DNA of 64,000 nucleotides, from the NCBI GenBank assembly GCA_963789265.1, contig CAWBKB010000005.1, positions 736,001 through 800,000 of the forward strand. Reading direction: 5' to 3'. This DNA comes from an uncultured delta proteobacterium. GTDB lineage: Bacteria > Desulfobacterota > Desulfomonilia > Desulfomonilales > Desulfomonilaceae. This document shows positions 21,960 to 31,520 of this stretch, piece by piece. The notes under the pieces were generated by a model. It did not search any database and had not been told where the DNA came from. It saw only the letters and a list, made by a program, of their open reading frames with translations. A program made the position numbers and the translations under genes. The first letter of the stretch is position 1; every line of letters begins with the position of its first letter.

Positions 21960-22469
21960 ATGAAAGCGGACGAGGTTCTGCGCAAAGAATTGTTGGCACT
22001 TTTGGACGGACGAAACGCCCACATGAGCTTCGATGATGCGATTGGAGACTTTCCACTTGAACACATCAACAGTAAGGCCCCGTTGACGCCGTATTCCTTC
22101 TGGCATTTTGTCGAGCACATCCGCATTGCCCAGTGGGACATCCTGGAGTTCATCCGAAATCCGAATCATATCTCCCCGCCGTATCCCGAAGGATACCGCC
22201 CGCAACCGGAGCAGCGTACCGACGAAATAGGCTGGCAGAAGAGTATCGAAGAGATGCGGGCCGACTTGGAAGCGTTGAGGGAAATTGTTCGTGACGACAA
22301 AATCGACTTATTTGCACCTATCCCGCATGCGCGGTCATATAACATATTCCGTGAGATTGTCCTCGCGGCTGACCATAACGCCTATCACGTCGGTGAATTG
22401 GCGATTATGCGCCAGGTGATGGATATTTGGCCTGCCGACCGGAAATACTTGACCGGCAAGCCGGATTAA
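21960..22469 (+). CDS. DinB-superfamily protein
   Basis: EHIRIAQWDILEF and ADHNAYHVGE His motifs; GGAGG SD. Confidence 0.8.
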   Translation: MKADEVLRKELLALLDGRNAHMSFDDAIGDFPLEHINSKAPLTPYSFWHFVEHIRIAQWDILEFIRNPNHISPPYPEGYRPQPEQRTDEIGWQKSIEEMRADLEALREIVRDDKIDLFAPIPHARSYNIFREIVLAADHNAYHVGELAIMRQVMDIWPADRKYLTGKPD

Positions 22470-22627
22470 TGGGTGAAACGGGCCGCCGAGTCTCCCAGGC
22501 ACCCGGACCTGACCTACTCTAGCGCACGCTCCAGGGCTCTGACATCGGATGAGCGGAAAATGTGTCGATTTCCTCAGTTCGTGTTGTCAACAGTCCGCGC
22601 GAATGCGACAATTTTCGAGGCGCCGTG

Positions 22628-22876
22628 CTAGGGCACGCCAGGAAGTAGAAACATGTCCAGTTCTCCATCGCGCGCGGCTTCGTTCATACCAAGGCTCGAT
22701 TCAGACTGAGCGCCCGCGCCGGACGGACATGTTACCTTGGTTTTTGAAACATCGTCCGTCTCGGAGGACGATCGAGCAGACATGGCTCGGGACACGGCGA
22801 AGATCATGGATGCAACGACGATTGCGGTGAGCAAGAGCGGAATCAAATCTGAAAGCATTGTGGTTCGTATTTTCAT
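22628..22876 (-). CDS. Small hypothetical protein with N-terminal hydrophobic helix
   Basis: AAGGA SD; signal/TM segment followed by a short soluble tail. Confidence 0.4.
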   Translation of the reverse strand: MKIRTTMLSDLIPLLLTAIVVASMIFAVSRAMSARSSSETDDVSKTKVTCPSGAGAQSESSLGMNEAARDGELDMFLLPGVP

Positions 22877-22986
22877 GGAATCCTTCCTACAGCTTTGGAA
22901 CCCCTAAAGTCAATTACTCGTCTCATGACATGATTCCGCGAAAAAAGTTCCCGAACGTAATCATCCAGTTGCGAGCGGTGAAAGAT

Positions 22987-23119
22987 TGTCATTGCGAGCG
23001 AAGCGATGCAATCTCTTCCTTTAAATCCCACTCAGATTGCCAGTGGGACGGGCATCTTGCCCGTCGTCCATAATGGACAGGCAGGATGCCTGTCCCACTA
23101 TTTGCTCCTCGCAATGACA
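22987..23119. repeat. Composite REP-like element with one REP family nested in another
   Basis: Outer TGTCATTGCGAGCGAAGCGATGCAATCTC...GATTGC/CTCCTCGCAATGACA; inner AGTGGGACGGGCATCTTGCCCGTC...GACAGGCAGGATGCCTGTCCCACT at 23042-23099. Confidence 0.75.
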
Positions 23120-23164
23120 GAGGTTCGACAATTCCCCCGCGTGAGTGAACCATTACTCCCAAAC

Positions 23165-23365
23165 TTATTTCGTGGGAGGCGAAGGATCTTCGAGCCCGAC
23201 AACGTTGCCCAAATTGATTCGCAGCATTTCCACCGAGGCGAGTATACGTTTGGCATTTCGGTTGATGGCGGGGAAATCCGCCGAACCGTCGTACAACTCC
23301 TGCGCGATCCGGCCAAGCTGCTCCACTCCTGAAGACATACGGTCAAGATCGGGACGTGTGGACAT
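23165..23365 (-). CDS. Small hypothetical protein (66 aa) coupled to the CoA ligase gene
   Basis: GGAGG SD overlapping the end of the upstream gene; 3 bp gap. Confidence 0.6.
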   Translation of the reverse strand: MSTRPDLDRMSSGVEQLGRIAQELYDGSADFPAINRNAKRILASVEMLRINLGNVVGLEDPSPPTK

Positions 23366-23368
23366 GAT

Positions 23369-24709
23369 CTAGTTCCCTCCCTTTTTTCTAAGATCCTTAA
23401 ATCGCCTGGCTTTTACCTCGTATCGAGGGAGCGTGCCAAAGTCGTGAATCTGGATCTCATACCCAAGGTTAGTCTTCACACGTAGCTCGGTAAGGAGCTT
23501 GGCTTTAAGCTCCTCTTTCGACGAACTCGCGCCGGCGGCCAGCTCTATCTTGAGTAGGATATGATCGATATCGCCTCTCTTCTCGACCACCACCTCATAT
23601 TCGTCAGCGATTCCCGGCATGGACCGCACCACATCTTCTATCGCCGAGGGGGCCAAAAGAACGCCTTTGACTTTGGTTATATCATCGGCTCGGCCGGTTA
23701 CGCCTCCGGGCACAACCCGGTACGCGCGGCCGCACTCGCATGGTTCATCGCTGAATTGCAAAATGTCCTTAGAGTCGAAACGGACACACGGCTGAGCGTA
23801 ACGGTCCAGGGCGGTGATCACGAGTTTGCCCGGTTGCCCGGCTTCTGTGATCGGATCTCCGGTGTCGAGGTCTTCCAATTCCGCAAGAAACATCGCTTCG
23901 TTAACATGCAACCCGCCAGGTTGGCACGAACATTCAAAACCCCAGGCCCCGATCTCCGTTGCGCCCGCATGATCGAACACTTTGGCGCCCCACGCCTGTT
24001 CCATTCGCTTTTTGGTGCCTGGCACAAGAGCACCGGGTTCGCCAGCGCAAGTGATCTTTCTCACGTCCAGATCGGTGGCCGGATTCAATGACATCTTGTT
24101 GGCCGCATCCGCCATGCCCAGGACATAAGTGGGGGTGGCCATCATAGCGGTGGCTTTTAGTTCCTGCATCTTCAGGATTCGCGATTTGGTGTCGAGCACG
24201 CCGCCGGGCACCGTTTCGCAACCGATTTTTTCGCACGCGTAATGCCCCGCCCAGAATGCAACAAAGATGTTGTAACCGAAAGGAAGGAATACTCGATCGT
24301 GAGGCCGGTATCCTTGTGCCCAAAGCAAAGTAGCCCAACACTCGGACCACCAGTCCCAATCTTGCCAGGTATCAGGTTGGTAAATCGGTTGGCCGGTTGT
24401 TCCGCTTGTCTGCCGAAACTCCGTGACCTCATCCAGTGGAACGCACAGTGCGTCTCCATAAGGAAACGGGTCCTTGCGCTGGACCGACCGCATCATGGAC
24501 TTTTCGACTTTGGGGACCCGCCGCACGTCATCCATGGTCCGAATATCGTCCGGCTTCAATCCTGCCTTGTCGTACATGGCCCGATGAAAACGGGACCGGT
24601 CATAAGCCCATTTGAGAATGCGTTGGAACTTCTTCAGCTTTAATTTCTCCAGTTCTTCACGGGGAAGCGTTTCCAGATACGGATTCCAATAAGGTACGCT
24701 TTTGTCCAT
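23369..24709 (-). CDS. Phenylacetate--CoA ligase family protein (PaaK-like)
   Basis: TSGTTG P-loop, AGEPG, GATE, GRADD, C-terminal KARRFKD. Confidence 0.88.
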   Translation of the reverse strand: MDKSVPYWNPYLETLPREELEKLKLKKFQRILKWAYDRSRFHRAMYDKAGLKPDDIRTMDDVRRVPKVEKSMMRSVQRKDPFPYGDALCVPLDEVTEFRQTSGTTGQPIYQPDTWQDWDWWSECWATLLWAQGYRPHDRVFLPFGYNIFVAFWAGHYACEKIGCETVPGGVLDTKSRILKMQELKATAMMATPTYVLGMADAANKMSLNPATDLDVRKITCAGEPGALVPGTKKRMEQAWGAKVFDHAGATEIGAWGFECSCQPGGLHVNEAMFLAELEDLDTGDPITEAGQPGKLVITALDRYAQPCVRFDSKDILQFSDEPCECGRAYRVVPGGVTGRADDITKVKGVLLAPSAIEDVVRSMPGIADEYEVVVEKRGDIDHILLKIELAAGASSSKEELKAKLLTELRVKTNLGYEIQIHDFGTLPRYEVKARRFKDLRKKGGN

Positions 24710-25000
24710 GCAGCTCTCCTTAAGCGGTCGTTATGGGAGTTTCGGGGCTGAGGGGTGTTCTTTGAAGCTCCCTTGTCCTGCAGGCGGATAACAGGATTGC
24801 AGCTAGTGTATCATCATCACCAGCGAAAGTGTGGGGAAAATCAGCTCTTACGTGATTGGTACCCGCCGGAAAGCAATGCTTGCCCGGAAACAGATATAGT
24901 ATTATCAAGCCCGAACGGCTATAGCAACTATACAAATTCTTGCCTGAATTGCCGCGCGCTTCACAGGCTATCCGGCTCTCACGCCCCTCCTGAAAGCCGG

Positions 25001-25061
25001 CGGTAGGACAGGCATCCAGCCTGTCATTTAAGCAACGACAGGCTGGAAGCCTGTCCCACCG
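25001..25061. repeat. REP-like inverted repeat (GACAGGC..GCCTGTC family)
   Basis: CGGTAGGACAGGCATCCAGCCTGTC...GACAGGCTGGAAGCCTGTCCCACCG; same family as the inner element at 23042-23099. Confidence 0.7.
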
Positions 25062-25156
25062 AGCCCAAACATGTCACTTAATCTGCCCAGCGAAGCAGTT
25101 AATGCCGTCAGCCTCACAATTTATGCTATCCTTCTACACCATAACAGGAGACAAGA

Positions 25157-25825
25157 ATGAGCAAGTTAATTAAAGATAATCTCTGGCAAGTGGGGGGCAG
25201 CGAGCTGACTGGTCCCGGGGATGCCGCTATCTATCTCGTGCGCTTTGGCGACAAAGCCGCGCTTATTGATGCCGGTTGCGGGCAGGATCATGCCCGATTG
25301 AGAAAAAATATTGCAGAATGCCTGCCGCGGGATGTGCAACTCGAATATCTTCTGCTGACCCACTGTCACTTCGATCACACCGGAGGGGCCGAAGCAGTGA
25401 GAAACGAATTCGGCTGCCGTATCGTGGCCCATGAGCTGGACGCGGTCTACCTCGAATCCGGTGACAGTGAAGTGACCGCAGCATCCTGGTATGGCTCTAA
25501 GTTCAAACCGTTGACAATTGACCTCAAACTTCACGGCGCGGAGTCTACCCTCGGAGTCGGCAGTGGTACGATTACGGCTATACACTGGCCTGGTCACTCC
25601 CCGGGCTCAATGGTGTATACTACTCACATTGACGACGAACTCGTGCTCTTCGGGCAAGACGTCCACGGTCCGATTCACCCGGCCCTGTTATCTGATGAGA
25701 GGCAGTATCAGGCTTCTTTGGCCAAGCTCTTGGCCCTGGACGCGGATCTTCTCCTGGAAGGGCATTTCGGCATATTTCGGACAAAGGAAAAGGTCAGAGA
25801 ATTCATCCAGTCTTTTATGAAATAG
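25157..25825 (+). CDS. Metallo-beta-lactamase fold hydrolase
   Basis: THCHFDHTGG, PGHSPG, EGH motifs. Confidence 0.9.
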   Translation: MSKLIKDNLWQVGGSELTGPGDAAIYLVRFGDKAALIDAGCGQDHARLRKNIAECLPRDVQLEYLLLTHCHFDHTGGAEAVRNEFGCRIVAHELDAVYLESGDSEVTAASWYGSKFKPLTIDLKLHGAESTLGVGSGTITAIHWPGHSPGSMVYTTHIDDELVLFGQDVHGPIHPALLSDERQYQASLAKLLALDADLLLEGHFGIFRTKEKVREFIQSFMK

Positions 25826-25914
25826 AGGATTGTCCAAGAGACAGCCAGGTGGCTCCAACAGGAACGAGCCTCAACCTGGAGTGAAGAACCAGGAATGAAC
25901 AAAACGACCAATAG

Positions 25915-26071
25915 TTCACCGCGGAGATCGCCGAGAACGCGGAGACCAGACACGGCAAATTTCGGTTTTTGACAGCAAAAGAAATACCGACCCGACTGTA
26001 CGCACCGATAACTCATACGGAAATGAATGAGCAATTACCCTCTCTGCGATCTCAGCGCACTCCGCGGTGAA
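25915..26071. repeat. REP-like inverted repeat pair (CACCGCGGAG family)
   Basis: TTCACCGCGGAGATCGCCGAGAACGCGGAGA (25915-25945) and TCTCTGCGATCTCAGCGCACTCCGCGGTGAA (26041-26071) are inverted copies. Confidence 0.65.
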
Positions 26072-26101
26072 TCTCCCATTGTCCGTTGAAGGGTCACAAA
26101 A

Positions 26102-26906
26102 ATGATTCAACTTAAAAATGCCATGGAAATCTTCAAGATACTGCCAAGAACCAATTGCCGGGACTGCCGCGTTCCAACGTGCCTGGCCTTTGCCGCCGCG
26201 GTGTTCAAGGATGATAAACGCCTGACCGATTGCCCTCATTTAGACGGAACCGTTTCTGGAGGTGCTCAGCGTTCAGAACTCCGATTCCAGGACGTTGGAA
26301 CGTGAAGAGAAGCAAATGCTCGCACAGTTGAGAGGAAAAGTCGGGAGCCTGGATCTCGCTTCTTCCACGGATAGGTTGCAAGGCGCGTTTTCTGGCCTAA
26401 CACTGACGGTGAAGATGCTCGGAAAGGACTTCCATGTCGATTCCCAGGGGAACATCACGTCTGACAGCCACGTGCACGGATGGGTCACAGTACCGCTCCT
26501 CAACTATGTAATATCTTGCGTGGGCCTGCCCGTGTCAGGAAACTGGGTTCCCATGCGTGAACTCAAGAACGGCGCCATCTGGGCCCCGCTTTTCGGGCAG
26601 CGCTGTGAAAAGCCATTAAAGCAGGTGGCGGACACTCATACGGATCTGTTTGAGTTCATGGTTCAGGTCTTTAGCGCAAAACCTGCACCCAATGCTTTTG
26701 ATTCAGACATTGCGGTGGTTTTGCACCCCCTGCCCAGAGTGCCCATGCTTATATGTTACTGGAAGCCGGACGGCAGCATCGAATCATCGCTAAACGTCTT
26801 CTTCGACGACAGTGCTGAAGAGAACCTGGGCGCTGATTCACTCTACAGGATTGCCACCGGCATGGTGATGATGTTTGAGAAGATCGCGATCACGCATGGG
26901 AAATGA
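26102..26906 (+). CDS. Fe-S-cluster domain + DUF3786 protein, one frameshift near 26260
   Basis: N-terminal LPRTNCRDCRVPTCLAFA...CPHL; C-terminal PLPRVPMLICYW...SSLNVFFD. Confidence 0.75.
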
Positions 26907-27349
26907 GGCACGGCCCTAGAAAGCTGCTGCGCAAGCTTGTCACCAGCGGGACCCTCCCGAATTCGTCGCGCCATGGTGCCTGGTGTGTCGACATATCTGA
27001 GAGGCTGCAAAGCAAAACGGCTTAGCAGGTCATACTGTTATAAGCCTGGGGCGCAATAGAGCAGAGGACGGACTTTCAGCGCAGCACTTCAAGTAGCGTA
27101 TGAGAGTGTTTAGATGTTGCCGCCTCCCACAGAAAGTAAGACGCGAAGGGGCCGAAGCTTCGGTACAAAAGGGGTCTATCTTGTGCTGCGCACACGCCCG
27201 TAAAGGGGAAATCCTTGATGATAGGAGGAATGGCTCTCAAACGGCGGCCTCTATTGACCATAATTTCGTGTTGCCGAAACAGCTTGACAAGCCCGACGAC
27301 CTAGATTAACAGGTCGCGTGGGAGAATGCGCTCTTCGGCGGAGGGAGGT

Positions 27350-28801
27350 ATGGGGTTTCTGCTGCCAGAATGGGAGATGGAATGGATCCTTGTCAACAAT
27401 CCCGCCCTTTTAGATCCTGGATCTGAAATTCTTAACCTCGAAGTAGTTGCCCAACAGTACGATTTGCCCCGGAGCGGAGGGTATGTGGACATCCTGTGCC
27501 GTTTCCCAGAGGGCTTGTTGGCAGTGGAACTGAAGAATGAATTTGTCGACGATTCCTCTGTTATCACACACCAGCTCAACAAGTATCTCGCGGACCTGTT
27601 GCACTACTCCAATAATTCCGAAGAAGTGAGATGTTTACTTGTCTCCACTCACGGGTTTTCACGACAGGTACAAGAGCTGGCCACTGCTCGTTCAGTGAGG
27701 TTGCAGACCATCTCTGTCGAGAACTTGCTCGAACAGGCCTGGCGTCTGAATACATCTGCGGATACTCTGTCGTCGGCAAAGGCGCGGCTTTTGCAGCGGC
27801 GTGTTGGATTGAAAACTTTGGACAAGGCCAAGGAACTCGTCTGCGGAAGACCTGATGCACGGTATCAACGGGATGTGGCCAGCATCGATCACTTCATAAG
27901 TTCCGGCAAGCACGACGCGTACGGATTGCGGCAGCTCGCTCGCGGTTTGAAGGAAGTGAGTCGTCGAGCCCCCATCATGGCACACAAAGTGTTCGATGAA
28001 GACGACGGAAATACCCTTAGTGGGGAGGAAGAAAAGTGGTTTTGGTTCTTCTATAGCGTGCTTGATAGACGAGCGAACGCTGCAACCTTCGTTAAGGCGA
28101 AAGAGGCACTTGAACGATGTAGACTTTTCCTGCCCCAAGAGCTCGTCCGGCTCGTGGAAACTACTTCGAATGCGGATGCAGTGGACCGCGTCTTTAGAAT
28201 TTTGCGAGATAGTGAGTTTCCTCTTGCCGCTGATTCTATCAGGCGCGACCAAGCCATGCCTTCGAGCATTGTGGATGCAGCTATGTATTTGAGCCGATTC
28301 GAGTTTTCGATGGACAATATGTTAGAATATTTTACTCAGGCCCTTTCCAGGTCCGAAGACTTAGCCGACACAATCATGGCACACTTGAGGAAGCACGTTT
28401 ATGGCGTAGGTCCGAGGATTGCGGCGCAGATCGTCCGAGGCTTGTGCCTCAAATCGGGCTGGAAGGTGACCATGTCTTCCCCGGTTCATCTGGAACAGTG
28501 CGGGTTTAACGAAACTTTCGCCGGCCCCGGCCGGTTAGGTCTCGTGTCCTCGCCGCAGAGTTACCGGAGGGAGCTGAAGCGTTTTGCGGACTCGTATCTC
28601 GGAGGGAACTGCGGTGTAATTAGCCATGCGCTCTGGTTCATCCGGAAGAGATTTTGTCTTCGGCCGAAGCGCTGTGATGAGTGCCCCGTGGCTGGCTTCT
28701 GCAATTATACTCGTTCTATGCTGCTGCGAAGCTACGACCGTAAGATGCTTGGCGCCCAACCCTCGTTGTTTTCGCGTATGGAGGAGGCCGTTCCAACCTG
28801 A
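27350..28801 (+). CDS. NucS/RecB-type PD-(D/E)XK nuclease fused to an HhH-GPD/endonuclease III-like domain with a [4Fe-4S] motif
   Basis: N-term E...GYVDIL...AVELK...QLNKY. C-term helix-hairpin-helix HVYGVGPRIA and C-x5-C-x2-C-x5-C (CLRPKRCDECPVAGFC). Start taken at the ATG after GGAGGGAGGT. Confidence 0.7.
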   Translation: MGFLLPEWEMEWILVNNPALLDPGSEILNLEVVAQQYDLPRSGGYVDILCRFPEGLLAVELKNEFVDDSSVITHQLNKYLADLLHYSNNSEEVRCLLVSTHGFSRQVQELATARSVRLQTISVENLLEQAWRLNTSADTLSSAKARLLQRRVGLKTLDKAKELVCGRPDARYQRDVASIDHFISSGKHDAYGLRQLARGLKEVSRRAPIMAHKVFDEDDGNTLSGEEEKWFWFFYSVLDRRANAATFVKAKEALERCRLFLPQELVRLVETTSNADAVDRVFRILRDSEFPLAADSIRRDQAMPSSIVDAAMYLSRFEFSMDNMLEYFTQALSRSEDLADTIMAHLRKHVYGVGPRIAAQIVRGLCLKSGWKVTMSSPVHLEQCGFNETFAGPGRLGLVSSPQSYRRELKRFADSYLGGNCGVISHALWFIRKRFCLRPKRCDECPVAGFCNYTRSMLLRSYDRKMLGAQPSLFSRMEEAVPT

Positions 28802-30441
28802 TGGTCAAAAGAAGTCATCTAGACCGGGTACGAATTCTTGTCTTGTCAGACCTCCACTACGCAACTGACACTGGCAAATGGGAGGAAGTCTTTGCCACGG
28901 AGGGGACAAGGGAAACCGCTGCATACTCCTTCACCAACATTGAGCGCCTTCTCGGATTCATACTCAATGTGGTGAAAAGGGAATTGGACCACGTTATCAT
29001 ATTGGGAGATCTAACGCTTTTAGGCTCCCGAGACGACTTCAAGTTAGCCAAGGAGGACCTCCTCCGGTTTCAGGAGGAGCTCAAGAATGAAGGGATTACC
29101 ATAAACGCAGCCGAGGGAGAATTGGATCCCGCGATGTTCACTATCATCCCTGGCAACCACGATTTGAATGAGCCTACCGTCGGCAAGTGGACGCGCCGGC
29201 GGAGGATGGTAACTGGAGGTATGAGATCATTAATCAGCCGCGTCACGAAAAAGCCGATTGTGGCACCTCCGTCCAGCCCCGAAAAGATGTCGGAACTACT
29301 ACAGCTTTTCCGCGAATATTTTGGTGAAACCCTCTGGGATCGAAACCAGGAATCCAAGCAGTTTGGGAGTCTTGAGAAGATATTGCGCCATACTAACGTG
29401 TCACTCGTCCCATTAAATAGTTGTGTTCCGGCGCCAGTGCATCTTTTAGGAATAAACGCTCGTGGCCGAATAGATCAAGATCAAAGAGTGAAATATACAG
29501 AGTTGGGGCGCAATGGAAATGGCTCACGGCTCCGTATCGCTCTTGCCCATCATTTTCCACTTCCTATTCCGGTAAAACGCGATTCATTAACGGAGCCATC
29601 CCTGGAACTTGAAGATGCCAGTGACGTCATCCACTCTTTATACGGAGGTGCAAAATTCGCTGCTTTTTTGTGCGGACACAAGCACTCGGATTTCATTTGG
29701 TGCAACATCGCAGGAGTGCCGAAGGTAGACCGCTGTATGCCAATAATCTGTGTCGGTACGACTACCTTTCAGGCACCTCACCGAGATCACATTTGCTGCC
29801 TGATCGAATTGGAAGGTCGCAACAAGCTCAAGTTCAGCGATGAAAACACTTTGATCAAGGTCCACCATTATGAGTCCAGGAAACTTGCTGCCTCCCTCGT
29901 GAATACATTCGAGTTCTCGCCTGAGCCGGGCACACATAAAGAATTCACTAGTCTGACGGCCAGATGGATCAGAGAGGTGGAGAAAGCACCCGGGAGTAAG
30001 ATAAAACTCATAGACTTCAGATCTGAAGAATCCTGGAAGTTACTCAAGCCACTGCATCAAGAAACTGAGGCTGCAAGGCTGGAATTCAGTCGCTGGGGGA
30101 CTGTCTTCTACGGAGACACTCAAGGAGCGATTGAGGATTTTGAAATATTAGTAGGTGGCGAGTATCGTAAGGGTCCAATTTGCCTCATTTTCTCATGTAG
30201 GGCGCGGGATGGAGAGCCTGAACTAAAGATAAGCTGCAAAGAAAGTTCTAATCCAATGACTGATTTTGAATCGGTGTCACAAAACGAGTTTAGAAAAAAC
30301 TTCTTTCTGAATTATATTTCCCCGGATACCAAGCTACTGGTTTCTTTTAGATCAAGTCGTCTTGCCGAGGTGGTGCTCCATTGTGTCCTTGTTCTTGAAT
30401 TTCCCATAGTACGGTCGGAGACAGCCTATGACAATGCCTGA
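28801..30441 (+). CDS. Calcineurin-like metallophosphoesterase with an unknown C-terminal domain
   Basis: All five motifs present: SDLH, GDLT, GNHD, HH, GHKH; start overlaps the upstream stop (TGATG). Confidence 0.8.
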   Translation: MVKRSHLDRVRILVLSDLHYATDTGKWEEVFATEGTRETAAYSFTNIERLLGFILNVVKRELDHVIILGDLTLLGSRDDFKLAKEDLLRFQEELKNEGITINAAEGELDPAMFTIIPGNHDLNEPTVGKWTRRRRMVTGGMRSLISRVTKKPIVAPPSSPEKMSELLQLFREYFGETLWDRNQESKQFGSLEKILRHTNVSLVPLNSCVPAPVHLLGINARGRIDQDQRVKYTELGRNGNGSRLRIALAHHFPLPIPVKRDSLTEPSLELEDASDVIHSLYGGAKFAAFLCGHKHSDFIWCNIAGVPKVDRCMPIICVGTTTFQAPHRDHICCLIELEGRNKLKFSDENTLIKVHHYESRKLAASLVNTFEFSPEPGTHKEFTSLTARWIREVEKAPGSKIKLIDFRSEESWKLLKPLHQETEAARLEFSRWGTVFYGDTQGAIEDFEILVGGEYRKGPICLIFSCRARDGEPELKISCKESSNPMTDFESVSQNEFRKNFFLNYISPDTKLLVSFRSSRLAEVVLHCVLVLEFPIVRSETAYDNA

Positions 30442-31483
30442 ACAGCCAGTTTATGCACCTGAGGAAGGTTTAGCGCCATTTGCGGGAAACACGATTACCG
30501 AAGTCTATAACACGCTCAAGAGATTTTTTGAAAATAAGAAAGATGCTACGGTATTGCACGTTCTCACCCTCGTCCGGTCTCCAGAATATCTTGTCCCGGA
30601 TGAACAGGTTATTTCTGCTCAAGAGGTTAAGGACGCCGTGCGCGGCCTCACTGATCAACCAGAACGAGAACAGTTCAAATTCAATCACTGGGATAGGATT
30701 TCGAGCTTTGGAAGACCTTTTTACAAAGTTGATCAGTTTGAAAACGCGGGAAAAGCTCTCTGCGAAGAATTAGAGAATAGGGAAGCAAGGACGTCGGCGA
30801 GTGCAGCGTTTGTAGTGACCGACCCTCTAAAAGACCTTGCCTCTAGGGATAGTGACACGCCGCCTCCATTTTTTTGCATGGGTCAATTTTGGCTAGACCA
30901 CCTAGGTCGGCTGGGGATAACGGGCGTTTATAGGCGGCAGGAGATGTCTTCATGGTGGGTTGTAAATATCTGGGAACTCGCCACTTACAGGGACAGGATG
31001 TGTGAGTACCTGAAGAGCTGTGGCTTCCAGGTCAGGGAGGGATCTGTGGCTACTCTGGCCGTTTTGGCTTACTGGCGAAGCAAGAAAAAATCTCCGGTTC
31101 CACTTCCCGATTTTGACAGACCCGAATTACGCGGCCAGATAGGGTCTTCATTGCTAGCGACCTTCGATGGTGACAGTGCGGCCGCCGGATCGTTGGAAAA
31201 GATGCTTCGGGAAAAGGCCAAAACGATAACAAAAAGCAATGCTCCGAGAGGTGGCCTCAAAACCTTGTTGGATCTTCTGTCTGCGGTCGAGTCGTATTTC
31301 AAGATGAAAAATGAGGAAATCTTTTATGAGCTGTTCCGTCAAGTGAAGGAAGCGGATCAGTATCATTCGCAATTCTCGCAGCCAGTCTTTCGAGCCATAA
31401 CAGTGGATAGCCTTGCCCAGTGTTACGAGAAACTAGCTGATACGTTCGAGACCCTCAAAGGAAAACTTGAGCAACAGCAATGA
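30428..31483 (+). CDS. Divergent thymidylate synthase/dNMP hydroxymethylase-fold protein
   Basis: PFFCMGQFW...RLGITGVYRRQEMSSWWVVN aligns by eye to the ThyA core PCHAFFQFY...[20 protein letters not shown], with R, D/E and N at identical spacing. Confidence 0.55.
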   Translation: MTMPEQPVYAPEEGLAPFAGNTITEVYNTLKRFFENKKDATVLHVLTLVRSPEYLVPDEQVISAQEVKDAVRGLTDQPEREQFKFNHWDRISSFGRPFYKVDQFENAGKALCEELENREARTSASAAFVVTDPLKDLASRDSDTPPPFFCMGQFWLDHLGRLGITGVYRRQEMSSWWVVNIWELATYRDRMCEYLKSCGFQVREGSVATLAVLAYWRSKKKSPVPLPDFDRPELRGQIGSSLLATFDGDSAAAGSLEKMLREKAKTITKSNAPRGGLKTLLDLLSAVESYFKMKNEEIFYELFRQVKEADQYHSQFSQPVFRAITVDSLAQCYEKLADTFETLKGKLEQQQ

Positions 31484-31520
31484 ACGTGAACAATATTGTA
31501 GAATGGTCATGGGAGGAAAA

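Noticed and set aside
27230..27304. Short Cys-containing ORF (MALKRRPLLTIISCCRNSLTSPTT) as a precursor peptide for the radical SAM enzyme
   Set aside because: The SD-like GGAGG is too close to the ATG, the ORF is over 4 kb from the radical SAM gene, and nothing else supports it.
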